The position numbers were made by a program, and so were the translations under genes. The notes under the pieces were generated by a model that searched no databases, was not told where the DNA came from, and saw nothing but the letters and a program-made list of their open reading frames with translations. A stretch of 64,000 nucleotides of DNA from an uncultured delta proteobacterium (GTDB lineage Bacteria; Myxococcota; Myxococcia; Myxococcales; Myxococcaceae), in NCBI GenBank assembly GCA_963776345.1, contig CAVZMH010000015.1:288001-352000 (forward strand). The letters run 5' to 3'. Of the stretch, positions 1 to 11,206 are shown in pieces (the first letter of the stretch is position 1; each line of letters starts with the position of its first letter).

Positions 1-565
<565 letters not shown>

Positions 566-611
566 TGTTGCAAACCTCCGGAAAACCTGCGGTTTTTGGA
601 ATTGGCCGGAA

Positions 612-638
612 TTGGCACTCCCCGGCTGCGAGCGCCAA
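612..638. promoter_or_regulatory. CIRCE element (HrcA operator) upstream of groEL
   Basis: TTGGCACTC-N9-GAGCGCCAA versus consensus TTAGCACTC-N9-GAGTGCTAA, 46 bp upstream of the groEL start. Confidence 0.88.
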
Positions 639-664
639 CCTAAAGGTCCGCGCGGCGTTGTCAA
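637..664 (-). promoter_or_regulatory. Putative sigma70-type promoter of groEL
   Basis: Minus strand TTGACA (664-659), 16-nt spacer, TAGGTT (642-637); the -10 overlaps the CIRCE arm. Confidence 0.6.
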
Positions 665-690
665 CGAGGGAAGATGAGAGACTCCGAAGG

Positions 691-1806
691 GTGCGAATCC
701 TCTACGGGGTGGTGGGCGAGGGAATGGGCCACGCCACCCGCTCCCGGGTGGTCCTCGAGGAGCTGGTCAAGGAGCACGAGGTCGAGGTGGTCGCCTCGGG
801 CCGCGCGCACGCCTACCTCTCCGAGCGCTTCCCCGAGGTGCACCGCATCTGGGGCCTCACCATCCACTACGAGGGGAACGCCATCCGCCGCCTCCCCACC
901 GTGCTCCGGAACCTGCGCGGCGCGATCGGCGGATGGCCGAGGAACGTGGCCGAGTACTTCAAGCTCCTCGCCTCGTTCCGCCCCGACGTGGTGATCAGCG
1001 ACTTCGAGAGCTTCAGTTACTACTTCGGCAAGGCGCACCGGGTCCCGGTCATCGACCTGGACAACATCCACGTCATCTCCCGGTGCCGGCACTCGCCCGA
1101 GCTGCTCCGCGGCCACCAGCGCGACTTCAGGCTCATCCGGAGCGTGGTCGGGGCCAAGTTGCCCCGGTGCTTCCACTACGTCATCCCGACGTTCTTCTAC
1201 CCGCCAGTGAGATCGAAGCGGACCACCCTGGTCCCCCCGGTGCTCCGCCCGGAGGTGCTCGCGGCGAGGAGCGAGCGCGGCGAGCACCTGCTCGTGTACC
1301 AGACCGCGACGACCAACGTGGCCCTGCCCGAGGCGCTCCAGCGGCTCGGCGTCCCGGCGCGGGTGTACGGCCTCCGCCGGGATCTCACCGCGGACCTCAT
1401 CGAGGGGAACGTCACCCACCGCCCGTTCAGCGAGGCCGGCTTCATCGACGACCTCCGCACCGCGCGGGCGGTGGTGGCCGGCGGAGGATTCACCCTGCTC
1501 AGCGAGGCGGTGTACCTCCGCAAGCCCGTGCTCTCGGTGCCGGTGGAGAGGCAGTTCGAGCAGGTGCTGAACGCGCTCTACGTGGAGCACCTCGGGTACG
1601 GCGCCTACGCCCGGCGTCTGGGCGACGACGTCCTCCGGGAGTTCCTGGAGCGCGTCCCGGAGTACGAGCGGGCGCTCGCCGGGTACGCGCAGGACGGAAA
1701 CTCCGTCGCGCTCGCCACGGTCAAGGAGCAGCTCGCCCGCGTCGTCGCGCGGCGTACCCGGAGGTCTCGCCCGGCACCCGCGAGGGCCCGCCGGGCCCGG
1801 GCCTGA
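691..1806 (+). CDS. GT-B glycosyltransferase (MJ1255/VC2487-like family)
   Basis: GTG start: [28 protein letters not shown]-terminal [27 protein letters not shown]. Confidence 0.85.
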   Translation: MRILYGVVGEGMGHATRSRVVLEELVKEHEVEVVASGRAHAYLSERFPEVHRIWGLTIHYEGNAIRRLPTVLRNLRGAIGGWPRNVAEYFKLLASFRPDVVISDFESFSYYFGKAHRVPVIDLDNIHVISRCRHSPELLRGHQRDFRLIRSVVGAKLPRCFHYVIPTFFYPPVRSKRTTLVPPVLRPEVLAARSERGEHLLVYQTATTNVALPEALQRLGVPARVYGLRRDLTADLIEGNVTHRPFSEAGFIDDLRTARAVVAGGGFTLLSEAVYLRKPVLSVPVERQFEQVLNALYVEHLGYGAYARRLGDDVLREFLERVPEYERALAGYAQDGNSVALATVKEQLARVVARRTRRSRPAPARARRARA

Positions 1807-1890
1807 TCGAAGCTCCATCCGGTACAGAGGTCGCTGCCGGCACTCCGCTGTGGACACGCCTGCGCCGAGCGGTCACCATCGCGCGGCTCT

Positions 1891-1986
1891 GGTAGAGCCT
1901 CCGTGCCTGGTGGCCGGCCTGGTCTTCAAAACCAGTGGGACGGCGCGCGAGCGTCGTCCGGGTGGTTCGATTCCGCTGCTCTACCG
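1891..1986 (+). tRNA. selC: tRNA-Sec (anticodon UCA), 8/5 fold, CCA not encoded
   Basis: 8-bp acceptor GGTAGAGC/GCTCTACC; anticodon arm CTGGT-CTTCAAA-ACCAG; long variable arm GGACGGCGC-GCGA-GCGTCGTCC; T arm GGTGG-TTCGATT-CCGCT; discriminator G. Confidence 0.95.
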
Positions 1987-1992
1987 CTCGAC

Positions 1993-4900
1993 TCAGGGAG
2001 ACTGGAGGAGCAGCACCCAGTCGGTGGATCCGTCCACGGTCGTCCCGGGCGGAGTGAAGCTCCGGCTCCCGCTCGCAGGGAAGGGGCTCCCTGGCACGGC
2101 GGTGGAGGTCCCGCTCGACGGATCGAACCAGCTCCCCCGCGTGGTGCCGGCCATCTTGGTCATGTCGAAGGTCACCGTGCGGAGATCGGTGAAGTAGGCC
2201 ACCCCGAGGTGCCCGTCGGCGGTGCGCGCCGCGAGCACGTAGCTGGACGAATCCCAGCTGCCGTACCCGCCGGTGAGGAAGGCGTTGTTCACGTCCGGGA
2301 CGAGGTGCGACCAGTCCAGCGACTCGAAGAGCGTCCGGGCCCGCTGCGCATCCCCCGCGCCGGGGCTACCCAGCGCCGATTGCCAGTTGGGGTACTTCCC
2401 GTCGTTGTCGTAGTCGTTGCCCGGCGCGCCGGTCCAGAAGCTCCAGATGGGGAAGATGCCGAAGACGAACCCCGCCTCGCCGGTGACCAGCGGCTGGTAC
2501 ATGTCGGAGCGCAGCTGGAGCCGCGTGGACTGATGCTCGTTCTCGTACCAGCCCTCGATGAAGAACACCGGCCGCTTCCCCGCGTCGAGCTGCCAGCCCT
2601 GCACCATGAAGGGGTAGTTGTGCGGCGGTGAGTTGACGTACGCGGTGTCCACGTCGATCCACGCCGGCCGCGGCCCGGTGAAGCTCGGCTCGCCGCCCCA
2701 GTGCGCGGTGTGGAGGTGCGCGGCGCCCGCCCCCTTCAGCCCGTCGACGATGGCCTGCAGCAGCGGGAGCTCAGAGCTGCTCGGGGTGTAGTCGCCGCCC
2801 TGGACCCAGAGGATGTTCGGGACGTCCTTGTAACGCGCGCCGAGGTACTGGCCGTACGTCTGGAGCTTCGTCGTCCCGGTGGACTTCATCTCGTTGATCC
2901 ACCCGTCGGTGCTCCCCTTGTAGCCCATGTACGCCGGGGCGAGGAGCACCAGCATCCCCCGCTGCCGCGCCTGTTCCAGGAACCAGTCGACGTGCTGGAA
3001 GTAGGCGTCGTTGGTCGTGGACATGTCCGACAGGGCGGTGAACGGCATCTTCCCGGCCGCGTTCGCCTGCGGCGGGGTGTGCGAGGTGAAGCGGTGCTCC
3101 ACCAGGTTGACCAGGAGGGCGTTGAAGCCGCGGCCCTGCCGGTCGTCGAGGTACTGGAGCGCGTCCGCCTCGCTCAGCTCGGCGATGGCGGACCAGGCCG
3201 CGTCGCCCTGGATGAGGAACGGCCGGCCGCTCGCGTCGACCAGGCCGTTCCTCGACGCGGAGATCGCCAGCGGGAACACGGCACCGACCGAGCTCGCGAC
3301 GTTGATCACCAGGTCGACGTGGGTGGTCCCGCCGGCGTTGCTCGCGGTGACCCGGTACGTTCCGGTCCCCGCGGCGGTCGGCGTCCCGGTGATGACCCCG
3401 GTCGTGGTGTTCAGCGTGAGCCCGGCAGGCAAGGCCGGGCTGACCGCGTAGCTGGACACCGCGCCGCCGCTGCTGCTCGGGGTGTTCGGCGTGATCGCCA
3501 CCCCGACCGTGTACGAGGCGGGGTTCGAGGCGTAGGTGAGACCGGTGGGCGGCGGGGCGGTGGGCGTGACGGGCGCGGAGGGCGCGCTGGCCGGGCCGGT
3601 GCCGACCGCGTTCACCGCCGACACCCGGAAGGTGTAGGCCGTCCCGTTGACGAGCCCGCTCACCGCGGCGGTGGTGCCGGTCACCTGCACCGTGGCGCCC
3701 GGGGCCGCGGGCGAGATCTGGACCTGGTATCCGCTGATGGGCAGGCCCCCGTTGCTCGCGGGGGCGGACCAGACCACCGACGCCGAGGCGTTGCCCGGCT
3801 GCGCCGTCACACCGCTGGGCGCTCCCGGGACGTCGGGCGTGGTGATGGGCGCCGAGGTGGCTGCCGGGCCCGTGCCGACCGCGTTCGTTGCGGACACGGC
3901 GAAGGTGACCGTCTTCCCGTTGCCCAGCCCCGAGACCGTGGCGCTCAGCCCGTTGACGGTCACCACGGCCGACGGCGTGACCGGCAGGACCGTCACCGTG
4001 TACCCGGTGATCGGCGCGCCGCCGTCGGAGGCGGGGGCAGACCAGCCGACGCTGGCCCCGCCCACCGTCGGCAGCGCGCCGACGCCGATGGGCGCGGAGG
4101 GGACACCGGGCACCACCGCCGCGGACACGGTGATGGCCAGGTCGACCGAGGTGCTCCCGGCGGTGTTGCTCGCGGTGATCCGGCACGTCCCGGTCCCTGC
4201 CGCGCTCGGCGTCCCGGTGATGACCCCGCTCGTCGCGCTGAGCAGGAGGCCGGCCGGGAGCGGCGGCGACGCCGAGAAGCCGGAGGGAGCCCCGCCCCCG
4301 GTGCTCGGGACGTTGGGGGCGATCGCCACGCCCACGGTGTACGAGGCGGGGTTGGACGCGTACGTCAGGCCGGAGGGCGGGCTCACCGCCTGGCTCGGGG
4401 TGACCGCTGCCGAGGGGGCGCTGGCAGGTCCGGTGCCCACGGCGTTCACCGCCGAGACGCGGAAGGTGTACGCGGTTCCGTTGCTGAGCCCGGTGATCAC
4501 CGCCACCGTCGAGAGGACCTCCACCGCGCCTCCGGACACCGCGGGCGAGATCTGCACCTCGTACCGGATGATGGGCCGGCCGCCGTCGCTCGACGGCGCC
4601 GACCAGCTCACCGTGGCCGAGCCATCCCCCGGCTGGGCGGTGACACCGGTCGGCGCGCCCGGGACGTCCGGTGGGGTGACCGGCGCGGACGTCGCCGCGG
4701 GGCCAGTGCCGATCGCGTTCACCGCCGAGACGAGGATGGCGACCGTCCTCCCCGGGGACAGGCCGGTCACCGTGGCGGTGAGCCCGGTGACGGTGACCTG
4801 CGCGGACGCGGTGGAAGGAGTGACCGAGACCGTGTAGCCGGTGATGGGCGAGCCGCCACTCGACGAGGGCACAGACCAGCTCGCCGTGGCCCCGCCCACC

Positions 4901-5115
4901 GTCGCGGTGGCCACCACGCTCCGCGGAGCCGAGGGGACCGAGGCTCCGCCGCCGTCGGGGAGCCCGCCGTCTTGGAACCCACCATCGGGGAGCCCACCAT
5001 CGGGGAGCCCGTCATCGGAGGGCGAGCCTCCATCCATCTCCGGACCCGAGACGGCGCCCGTGCAGCCGGCCAGCTCCATCGCTCCGAGCAACGTCAGTGC
5101 TGCGAGCCACCGCAT
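1993..5115 (-). CDS. Surface lipoprotein: 2x(FN3-FN3-putative Ig) + DUF4038/apiosidase-like glycoside hydrolase + C-terminal collagen-binding-like domain
   Basis: Lipobox LAGC; FN3 motifs (W.AP.SDGG.PI.GY, GL.NGTAYTFRVSAVNAVGTG); LPAGLTLNTTTGVITGTP Ig motif; PFLIQGDAAW, WVQGGD, IEGWYE; WFDPSSG...DWVLLL. Confidence 0.8.
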   Translation of the reverse strand: MRWLAALTLLGAMELAGCTGAVSGPEMDGGSPSDDGLPDGGLPDGGFQDGGLPDGGGASVPSAPRSVVATATVGGATASWSVPSSSGGSPITGYTVSVTPSTASAQVTVTGLTATVTGLSPGRTVAILVSAVNAIGTGPAATSAPVTPPDVPGAPTGVTAQPGDGSATVSWSAPSSDGGRPIIRYEVQISPAVSGGAVEVLSTVAVITGLSNGTAYTFRVSAVNAVGTGPASAPSAAVTPSQAVSPPSGLTYASNPASYTVGVAIAPNVPSTGGGAPSGFSASPPLPAGLLLSATSGVITGTPSAAGTGTCRITASNTAGSTSVDLAITVSAAVVPGVPSAPIGVGALPTVGGASVGWSAPASDGGAPITGYTVTVLPVTPSAVVTVNGLSATVSGLGNGKTVTFAVSATNAVGTGPAATSAPITTPDVPGAPSGVTAQPGNASASVVWSAPASNGGLPISGYQVQISPAAPGATVQVTGTTAAVSGLVNGTAYTFRVSAVNAVGTGPASAPSAPVTPTAPPPTGLTYASNPASYTVGVAITPNTPSSSGGAVSSYAVSPALPAGLTLNTTTGVITGTPTAAGTGTYRVTASNAGGTTHVDLVINVASSVGAVFPLAISASRNGLVDASGRPFLIQGDAAWSAIAELSEADALQYLDDRQGRGFNALLVNLVEHRFTSHTPPQANAAGKMPFTALSDMSTTNDAYFQHVDWFLEQARQRGMLVLLAPAYMGYKGSTDGWINEMKSTGTTKLQTYGQYLGARYKDVPNILWVQGGDYTPSSSELPLLQAIVDGLKGAGAAHLHTAHWGGEPSFTGPRPAWIDVDTAYVNSPPHNYPFMVQGWQLDAGKRPVFFIEGWYENEHQSTRLQLRSDMYQPLVTGEAGFVFGIFPIWSFWTGAPGNDYDNDGKYPNWQSALGSPGAGDAQRARTLFESLDWSHLVPDVNNAFLTGGYGSWDSSSYVLAARTADGHLGVAYFTDLRTVTFDMTKMAGTTRGSWFDPSSGTSTAVPGSPFPASGSRSFTPPGTTVDGSTDWVLLLQSP
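4951..5010. repeat. 15-bp tandem repeat x4 encoding a LPDGG/FQDGG linker
   Basis: gccgtcggggagccc / gccgtcttggaaccc / accatcggggagccc / accatcggggagccc. Confidence 0.85.
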
Positions 5116-5318
5116 CCGCGCCACGCTTCCGCCGGGGACCGCCCGTCACACGGGGCCCGGACGCGACCGGTCGTCGACCGCGGGGAGGGTGTCCATCGCG
5201 CGATGGTCCCGGGTCAACCCGCCCGGCCCTTCGGACAATCCGTTGCACGCCCCGCATTCAGGTTTCTACCGTCGCCCGATGACGACCTCCTCGCGCGTGC
5301 TGCGCGAGGTCCACGGGC

Positions 5319-8300
5319 TCACGGCGGCGGAGAAGGAACCGCCGCCGGGCTGGCGGCGAGCTTCGGCGGACGCGGTCGCCACAGCCCGCCGGTGCCGAGC
5401 GCGTGCCAGCCCTGCCGGATCCACCCGAGCAGCGCCGTCGCGAGCCACAGCGCCCAGGCCAGCATCGCCAGCCGGTAGACGAGCAGCGGGACGGAGAGGA
5501 CCAGCGGCCGGGGCAGCGCGCCGGCAACGCGGTCCGCGGTCCAGCGCAGCGACTCGAGGGTCGAGCCGTTCCCGGCGATCTGCATGTCCGGCTGCCCGAG
5601 GAGCCCGTGTCGCACCGCCTCGAACAGCGCCAGGAAGGCGAACCCGGTGGTGACGACCAGCGCCACCTGCATCAGGTCGAACGCCCACCACGGGCGGACC
5701 CGGGCGCCGAACGCTCCGCGCCAGCCCAGCGCCAGCAGCCAGAGCACCACCAGCCCCGCCGAGGGGACCGAGACCTGCGTGAGGCCCACGCCGAGGAGCA
5801 TCCACGCCGCGAGCCGGAGCGGGCTGTGGGGCACGCGGGAGAGCGCCACGGCGACCAGCGCGGTGACCAGCAGCACGCTCCAGAACAGCACCGCCGGGCC
5901 GAAGGTGGGCCCGGCGAGCCAGAGCACCCAGCGCTGCGCCGGCAGCGAGACCACCACCTCGACGTTCGCACCGGACGCGCCGACGTCCACCGCGGACGGC
6001 CGGAACGCGGCGGAGAGCCCGCGCGGCTCGCGCCAGCGGACGGCGACCCGCGACGCCGGCGGGCTGAGCGTGACGAGGAGCCGCCCCGCCTCCAGCCGCG
6101 CCGGCTGGGACTGCCCGTTCACCGCCACCCCGAGCAGCTCGATGCCCGGCGGCAGCGTCAGGGCGTGCTGGCCACCGCGGCTGGTCCGGAAGACAAGCTC
6201 CAGGCTCACCTCGGTGGCGCGGAGCCCGGGGCGCACCTCCTCCTTGCCGCTGTCGAGGGTGAGCGTCCCGCCCCCGATGCCCTCCGGGCGGGTGATCTGG
6301 ATCGACACCGACTCGCCCGGCCAGGGTAGCCACGTCGGCTGGTGCGAATCGGCAGGGCCGGTCGGATGGACCGGGGCGATGCCTCCGAGCTGGACGTGCC
6401 ACATCGGGCCTGCATCGAGGACCCAGCGCTCCACCCAGGACGCGGTCGAGGGAGCGGCGAGGGACACTGCCGGACGCTGCTCGAGCGTGCTCCGCCACGA
6501 CACGCTCCCCACCCCGGGCGGCAGGTTCACCGCCACCGCGCCATCCTTGACCGGCAGGTCGGCGGTGAGCACCGCCTCTCCCGGGAGGAGCGGAATCCGC
6601 AGCACGACCGCGCTGCCCGCCGGCGAGAGCCGCTCCACCACGGTCTCCAGCTCCCAGGTCAGCCCGAGCCGGAGGGTCCGGGTGACGCGGGCGAAGCCCG
6701 GGAGCGCCCCTGGACGGAGCGCCTCTCCCCCGCCCTCGCGCTGCAGGCGGGTGAGCTGGAGGGTCGGCTCCGGCCGGCCGTCCTCGCGGACTCCGTCCAC
6801 CTTCCACCCGCGCGCCTGGACCGTGAGGTGGCGCGGCGCGAGCCCGAGGGGGAGCTGCACGGAGTCGGCGCGCGCGAGCGCACCGGACAGCAGCAGGCTG
6901 TGGACACCCGGCCGGAGCACGAGCCAGCTCACGCCGTCCACCCTGCGCAGCGCGGCCGCGGGCCGTCCGTCGAGGACGACCTGCTCCGGCCTCCACCCTT
7001 CCCCGCCGCCGGCGAGCGGCACCGCGACCAGTGCCGCGGCCTGGAGCTCGACGCGGAGCCGGAGCCCGCCAGGGTCCACCTCGAGGAGCGCCCGTCCGGC
7101 GGAGGCGCAGCTCGGAGCGCACCGGGGGGCCTGGAGCAGCTTGTCCCGGAGCTGTATCAGCCGGGCGTCGGTCGGCTGCTCCTCGGCGCGCGCGGCGGGG
7201 AGCGACGAGGAGCAGGGCCAGCGCGGCCGCCGCCACGGCCGCACCGCTCCGGGGCGCCGCCGGACGCCACGGGCCGGAACGCAGGAGGAGGAGCGCCGCC
7301 AGCCAGGCGAGCAGCGCCACCCGGACCAGCCCCAGGACCACGTTGTCCGCCGGGGAGAGCAGCCACAGGCGCATCGACTGGCCCTGCTGCACCGGCCCGC
7401 TCCACCCGAGCGGCACCTCCCGCCAGGTCCAGCGCGGGATGCCCGGACCGGTCTGCACCACCGCGTTGCGGTCGATCTCGATGAGCGCGCGGCCCGGGCG
7501 GATCGTCGGGGCCGCCGCGGGAGCAGCGCCCTTTCCGACCAGCCCCGCCATGGTCGAGGCTTGCCCTCCCAGGAGCTTCGCCAGCTCGTTCGCCTTCTGC
7601 GGCTTGTCCGCCTTCCGTTCCTCGCGCTCGGCACCGAGGGTCCCCTCGTCGCTGGCTTCGCCGGGTGGCGACGCGGGCTCCGCTGCAGGGGGCGGCGCGC
7701 GCTTGGGGACCGCGACGTTCCTGCGGAGCTGGTCCTGCTGCGGAGCGGCGGTCGCCTCCGTCTCCCGGAGTGCCGGCGGCGCGAGCGCGGGGTAGAGCCT
7801 CTCGCGCAGGTGGTCGAGCGCGAACGACACCAGCGCCAGCGCCAGCACCCCGAAGGCGACCCAGCGGACCCCCCGGGCCACGGAGCGCAGTCGCCCCTCG
7901 GGCAGAACCCGCCTCAGCCCCTCGGCGACGAGCACCAGCAGCCAGGCCCACCGGGGCGCTCCGGCCTCCGGGAAGCTGAGGACCAGCGCCACCAGGGCGA
8001 GCGCCCCCACCCGCCAGCCGAACAGCCGCGCCGTGGCCAGCGCGAGCACCAGGACCAGGAAGAGGTCGAGCAGCGACCAGCGCTGCAGCCACGTCCCCTG
8101 CACCTCGTCGACCCCGGTGGCGCCGAGCAGGCTCCAGCCCGGCGGAAGGTGCGCCAGCGCCGCCACCCGGGTGAAGTCGTGGGCCCAGGCCACCGCGGGC
8201 AAGCGTCCGCCGCCCTGCTCCAGCCGGCCGTCCGCGGTCATCGCCAGCATCCCCTGGCGGACCTCGACCCCCGGCGGGGAGGCCGGCCCGAGCCGGGTCA

Positions 8301-9486
8301 GCGGCTGGTCTTGCCCCTGCACCGCCGCGCGCCCGAGCACCGCGGGCCCGGGCATCTCCAGGCGCCAGCTGCGGCGCAGCTCACCGGCCACCCGGTCCTG
8401 GAAGGTCCACCCGCGCCCGTCGGTGTCGAGCCAGAGCTGCCGGTACAGGTTCAGCTGATCCGGCTCGGGCTGGGCGTTCCCTCGCCGCTGCTCCACCAGC
8501 CGGAGCGCCTCACCCGTCCGCACCGCGAACGCGGGCAGCGCGCGCCACTCGGGAGGCAGCTGCGTCTGGGAGGGGTCCACCGACGGGAGCCCCTCCAGCG
8601 TCACCACCCGGACGGCCGGCGCTGCCTCGAAGACCCAGGTCTCGTCCCCTTCCGCCCAGGGACCTTGCGGATCCGGCCGGGCCACCGAGGCGGGCGGGGC
8701 ATCGCTCCTGGCGACCAGGGTGAAGACCCACTTGCCCGGGCGGAGCTGGACGCGGAGCCGGGCCTCGGGCTCGACGCGCGCAGCGAGCGGTGCCTCGAGC
8801 AGGAGCGGGGTGAAGCCGGCCGGGAGCGCGCGGCCCAGCACCACCTCCCGGGCCTTCCCCGCCACGTCGATGACGATTCGGGTGGTGAGGAGCAGCGGGA
8901 CGCCGTCCGCCAGCTTCCGCTGGACCTGAACCTCGAGCCGGTCGGCCGCGCCTGCTTCCCGGTCGGGACGGCGCAGGAAGAGCCGGCCCTCCTCGTCCTG
9001 CTCGGGGCGCGGCACCCGCTGCCCGCCGAGGACCAGCTCCACCAGCGACACGGGTCCCGGGACGCCCAGCGCCGCAGGAAGCGTGTCCCAGGCGAACGCC
9101 CCGGTGAGCACGTGCGCGCCCGGACCGAGGAAGACCACCGGCACGCCACCGTGCTCCACGACCGGGACGGCCAGGGCTCCGTCCCGGACGTCCAGCGGCC
9201 AGTGCTCGGCGTCGCCGGGGAGCGGGACCGCGTCGCGCGCGAAGAGCTCGACCTCCTGGCGGAATCGTCCACCGCGCGCGGTGGCCTCGAGCTGCAGCCG
9301 GCCGATCCAGACGCAGCTCGGGTCGCCCTCGCTGCCGTCGAATCTGGGACACGTCCTCTGCTCGCTGCCGTGGAGGGCCCAGGGGATCCAGGGCCGGAGC
9401 GCCGGGGGAACGTCACCCGGAGCGAGCGGCTGGGCCCCAGCCGCGGGGACGACGGCGAGCAGCGACACCACGAGGGCAAGGCGCAC
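5319..9486 (-). CDS. Large (~1390 aa) conserved hypothetical membrane protein, frameshifted near 7200
   Basis: Signal peptide VRLALVVSLLAVVPAAGAQ. The protein-like frame (ORF 5266..9588) turns to nonsense at ~7200 while ORF 5319..7634 continues (AEEQPTDARLIQLRDKLL...) and ends in a TM bundle. Confidence 0.75.
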
Positions 9487-9720
9487 GCTTTGACACCTCC
9501 GGCGGCATGTAACGCAGCGAGGGGGCGACGAGATCCAGCGTCTCACGGAACGAACCCGCGCGCTTTGCGTGAGACGCGGGTGAGGCATCCCACACCCGCG
9601 TCACCCAGGACGCCCCGGCCGCCGCGTCGCGGTGGCCGGGGGCCGTCCGCAGGGGGCGGTGAACTTGCGGCCCCCTGCCAGGCTCTGCGAACCTCTCCCG
9701 TCGAGGAGAGCGGCGAAAGG

Positions 9721-11187
9721 ATGGCGTTCGAGCGCGACAGGCCGGGAAGCAGGAATCCCGTGTCCCCGGTTCCTGACCAGCCGCTGGAGCCCACCACCCC
9801 CTTGCCCCCGTCCACTGCCGGCCTCCGCCCCGATGGCTCCACCCTCGAGGTGGGGGCGATGGTCGCCGGCCGGTTCGCCATCGTCCGCTTCATCGCCCGC
9901 GGCGGCATGGGCGCGGTCTACGAGGCCGAGGACACGACGCTCCGCACCCGGGTGGCGCTGAAGACCATCCTCCCCGAGTTCTCCGCGGACCCGAACGCGA
10001 TGGAGCGCTTCCGGCGCGAGGTGCTGCTCGCCCGGCGCATCACCCACTTCAACGTCTGCCGCATCTTCGAGCTCTACGACACCATCGACCCGCAGGGCGA
10101 CCGGCTGTCGTTCCTCACCATGGAGCTGCTCCATGGCGAGACGCTCGCCGAGCGCCTGGCCCGCACCGGTCCACTGGCCACGGCCGAGCTGTCGGTGCTC
10201 CTCCGGCAGCTCGCCGACGGGCTCGAGGCGATGCACCTCCAGGACGTGGTGCACCGGGACTTCAAGCCGGCCAACGTGTTCCTGGTCCACCGGCGCGATG
10301 GCGCGGGGCACGCGCCGCTCCGCGCCGTCATCACCGACTTCGGCATCGCCCGGGCGCTGCACCGGGTGGAGAAGGACGGCGACAGCTCGATGACCGCCCG
10401 GGTGGGCTTCATCGGAACCCCGGCGTACATGGCGCCGGAGCAGCTGACCGGCGGCACCGTCTCGGCGGCCACGGACATCTACGCGCTGGGCATCGTGCTG
10501 TACGAGGCGCTCACCGGGCACACCCCGTTCGCCGGGCAGACGCCCATGGAGGCGGCGCTGAAGCGGCTCCAGCAGGCGGCCGCCCCGCCCTCCATCTTCG
10601 TCCCCTCGCTCGACCCCCGCTGGGACGCCACCATCCTGCGCTGCCTGGAGAAGGAGCCCTCGGCCCGCTTCCGGTCGGTCCGCGACCTCGTCCGGGCCCT
10701 GGACGCGAGCGCCCAGGACACCCGCAGCCAGACGGCGGTGCTCGGCTTCCGGAACCTCTCGGGCCGGCCCGACGCCGGGTGGATCTCCACCGCGCTGGCC
10801 GAGCTGGTGGGCCGGGAGCTGTCGACCGCATCCGACGTGCTGCGCCTGGTTCCCCCGGAGGAGGTCTTCCGCGCCCAGCGCGCGCTGAACCTCGGAGCCC
10901 AGGACAGCCTCCCGCGTGACTCGCTGGAGAAGCTCCGCGACTCGGCCGGCGCCCGCTGGGTGGTGCTCGGGAGCTACCTCTGCGTCGGGCCGGGGTCGGC
11001 CAGCCCGCTCCGCGTGGCCATCCGGGTCCAGGACACCGACTCGGGCCAGGTGGTGAGCAACTGGACCGAGCGAGGCACGGTGGCCGAGCTCGGCGCGATG
11101 GCGGCCCGCGCCGGCGCCGAGGTGCGCAAGACGCTCATCGCCGCGGGGCAGGCCCCGCCCCAGCCCCCGGCACCCGCCGCGGGCTGA
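9721..11187 (+). CDS. Hanks-type Ser/Thr protein kinase with C-terminal TolB-N/CsgG-like domain
   Basis: ARGGMGAVY, VALK, HRDFKPANV, DFG, GTPAYMAPE, DIYALG; C-terminal AVLGFRNLSG..W; 3' part of ORF 5584..11187. Confidence 0.92.
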   Translation: MAFERDRPGSRNPVSPVPDQPLEPTTPLPPSTAGLRPDGSTLEVGAMVAGRFAIVRFIARGGMGAVYEAEDTTLRTRVALKTILPEFSADPNAMERFRREVLLARRITHFNVCRIFELYDTIDPQGDRLSFLTMELLHGETLAERLARTGPLATAELSVLLRQLADGLEAMHLQDVVHRDFKPANVFLVHRRDGAGHAPLRAVITDFGIARALHRVEKDGDSSMTARVGFIGTPAYMAPEQLTGGTVSAATDIYALGIVLYEALTGHTPFAGQTPMEAALKRLQQAAAPPSIFVPSLDPRWDATILRCLEKEPSARFRSVRDLVRALDASAQDTRSQTAVLGFRNLSGRPDAGWISTALAELVGRELSTASDVLRLVPPEEVFRAQRALNLGAQDSLPRDSLEKLRDSAGARWVVLGSYLCVGPGSASPLRVAIRVQDTDSGQVVSNWTERGTVAELGAMAARAGAEVRKTLIAAGQAPPQPPAPAAG

Positions 11188-11206
11188 CGGGCACCACCCC
11201 CGCTCG

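Noticed and set aside
9490..9515. TTGACA as the kinase promoter
   Set aside because: No acceptable -10 hexamer at 16-18 bp spacing.
1960..9600. Genomic island integrated at selC
   Set aside because: No integrase and no duplicated tRNA 3' end (att) found by eye; no obvious compositional shift.
5584..11187. 1867-aa ORF as a giant kinase
   Set aside because: Only 9721-11187 is kinase. The upstream part is the stop-free antisense shadow of the minus-strand membrane protein, typical of high-GC DNA.
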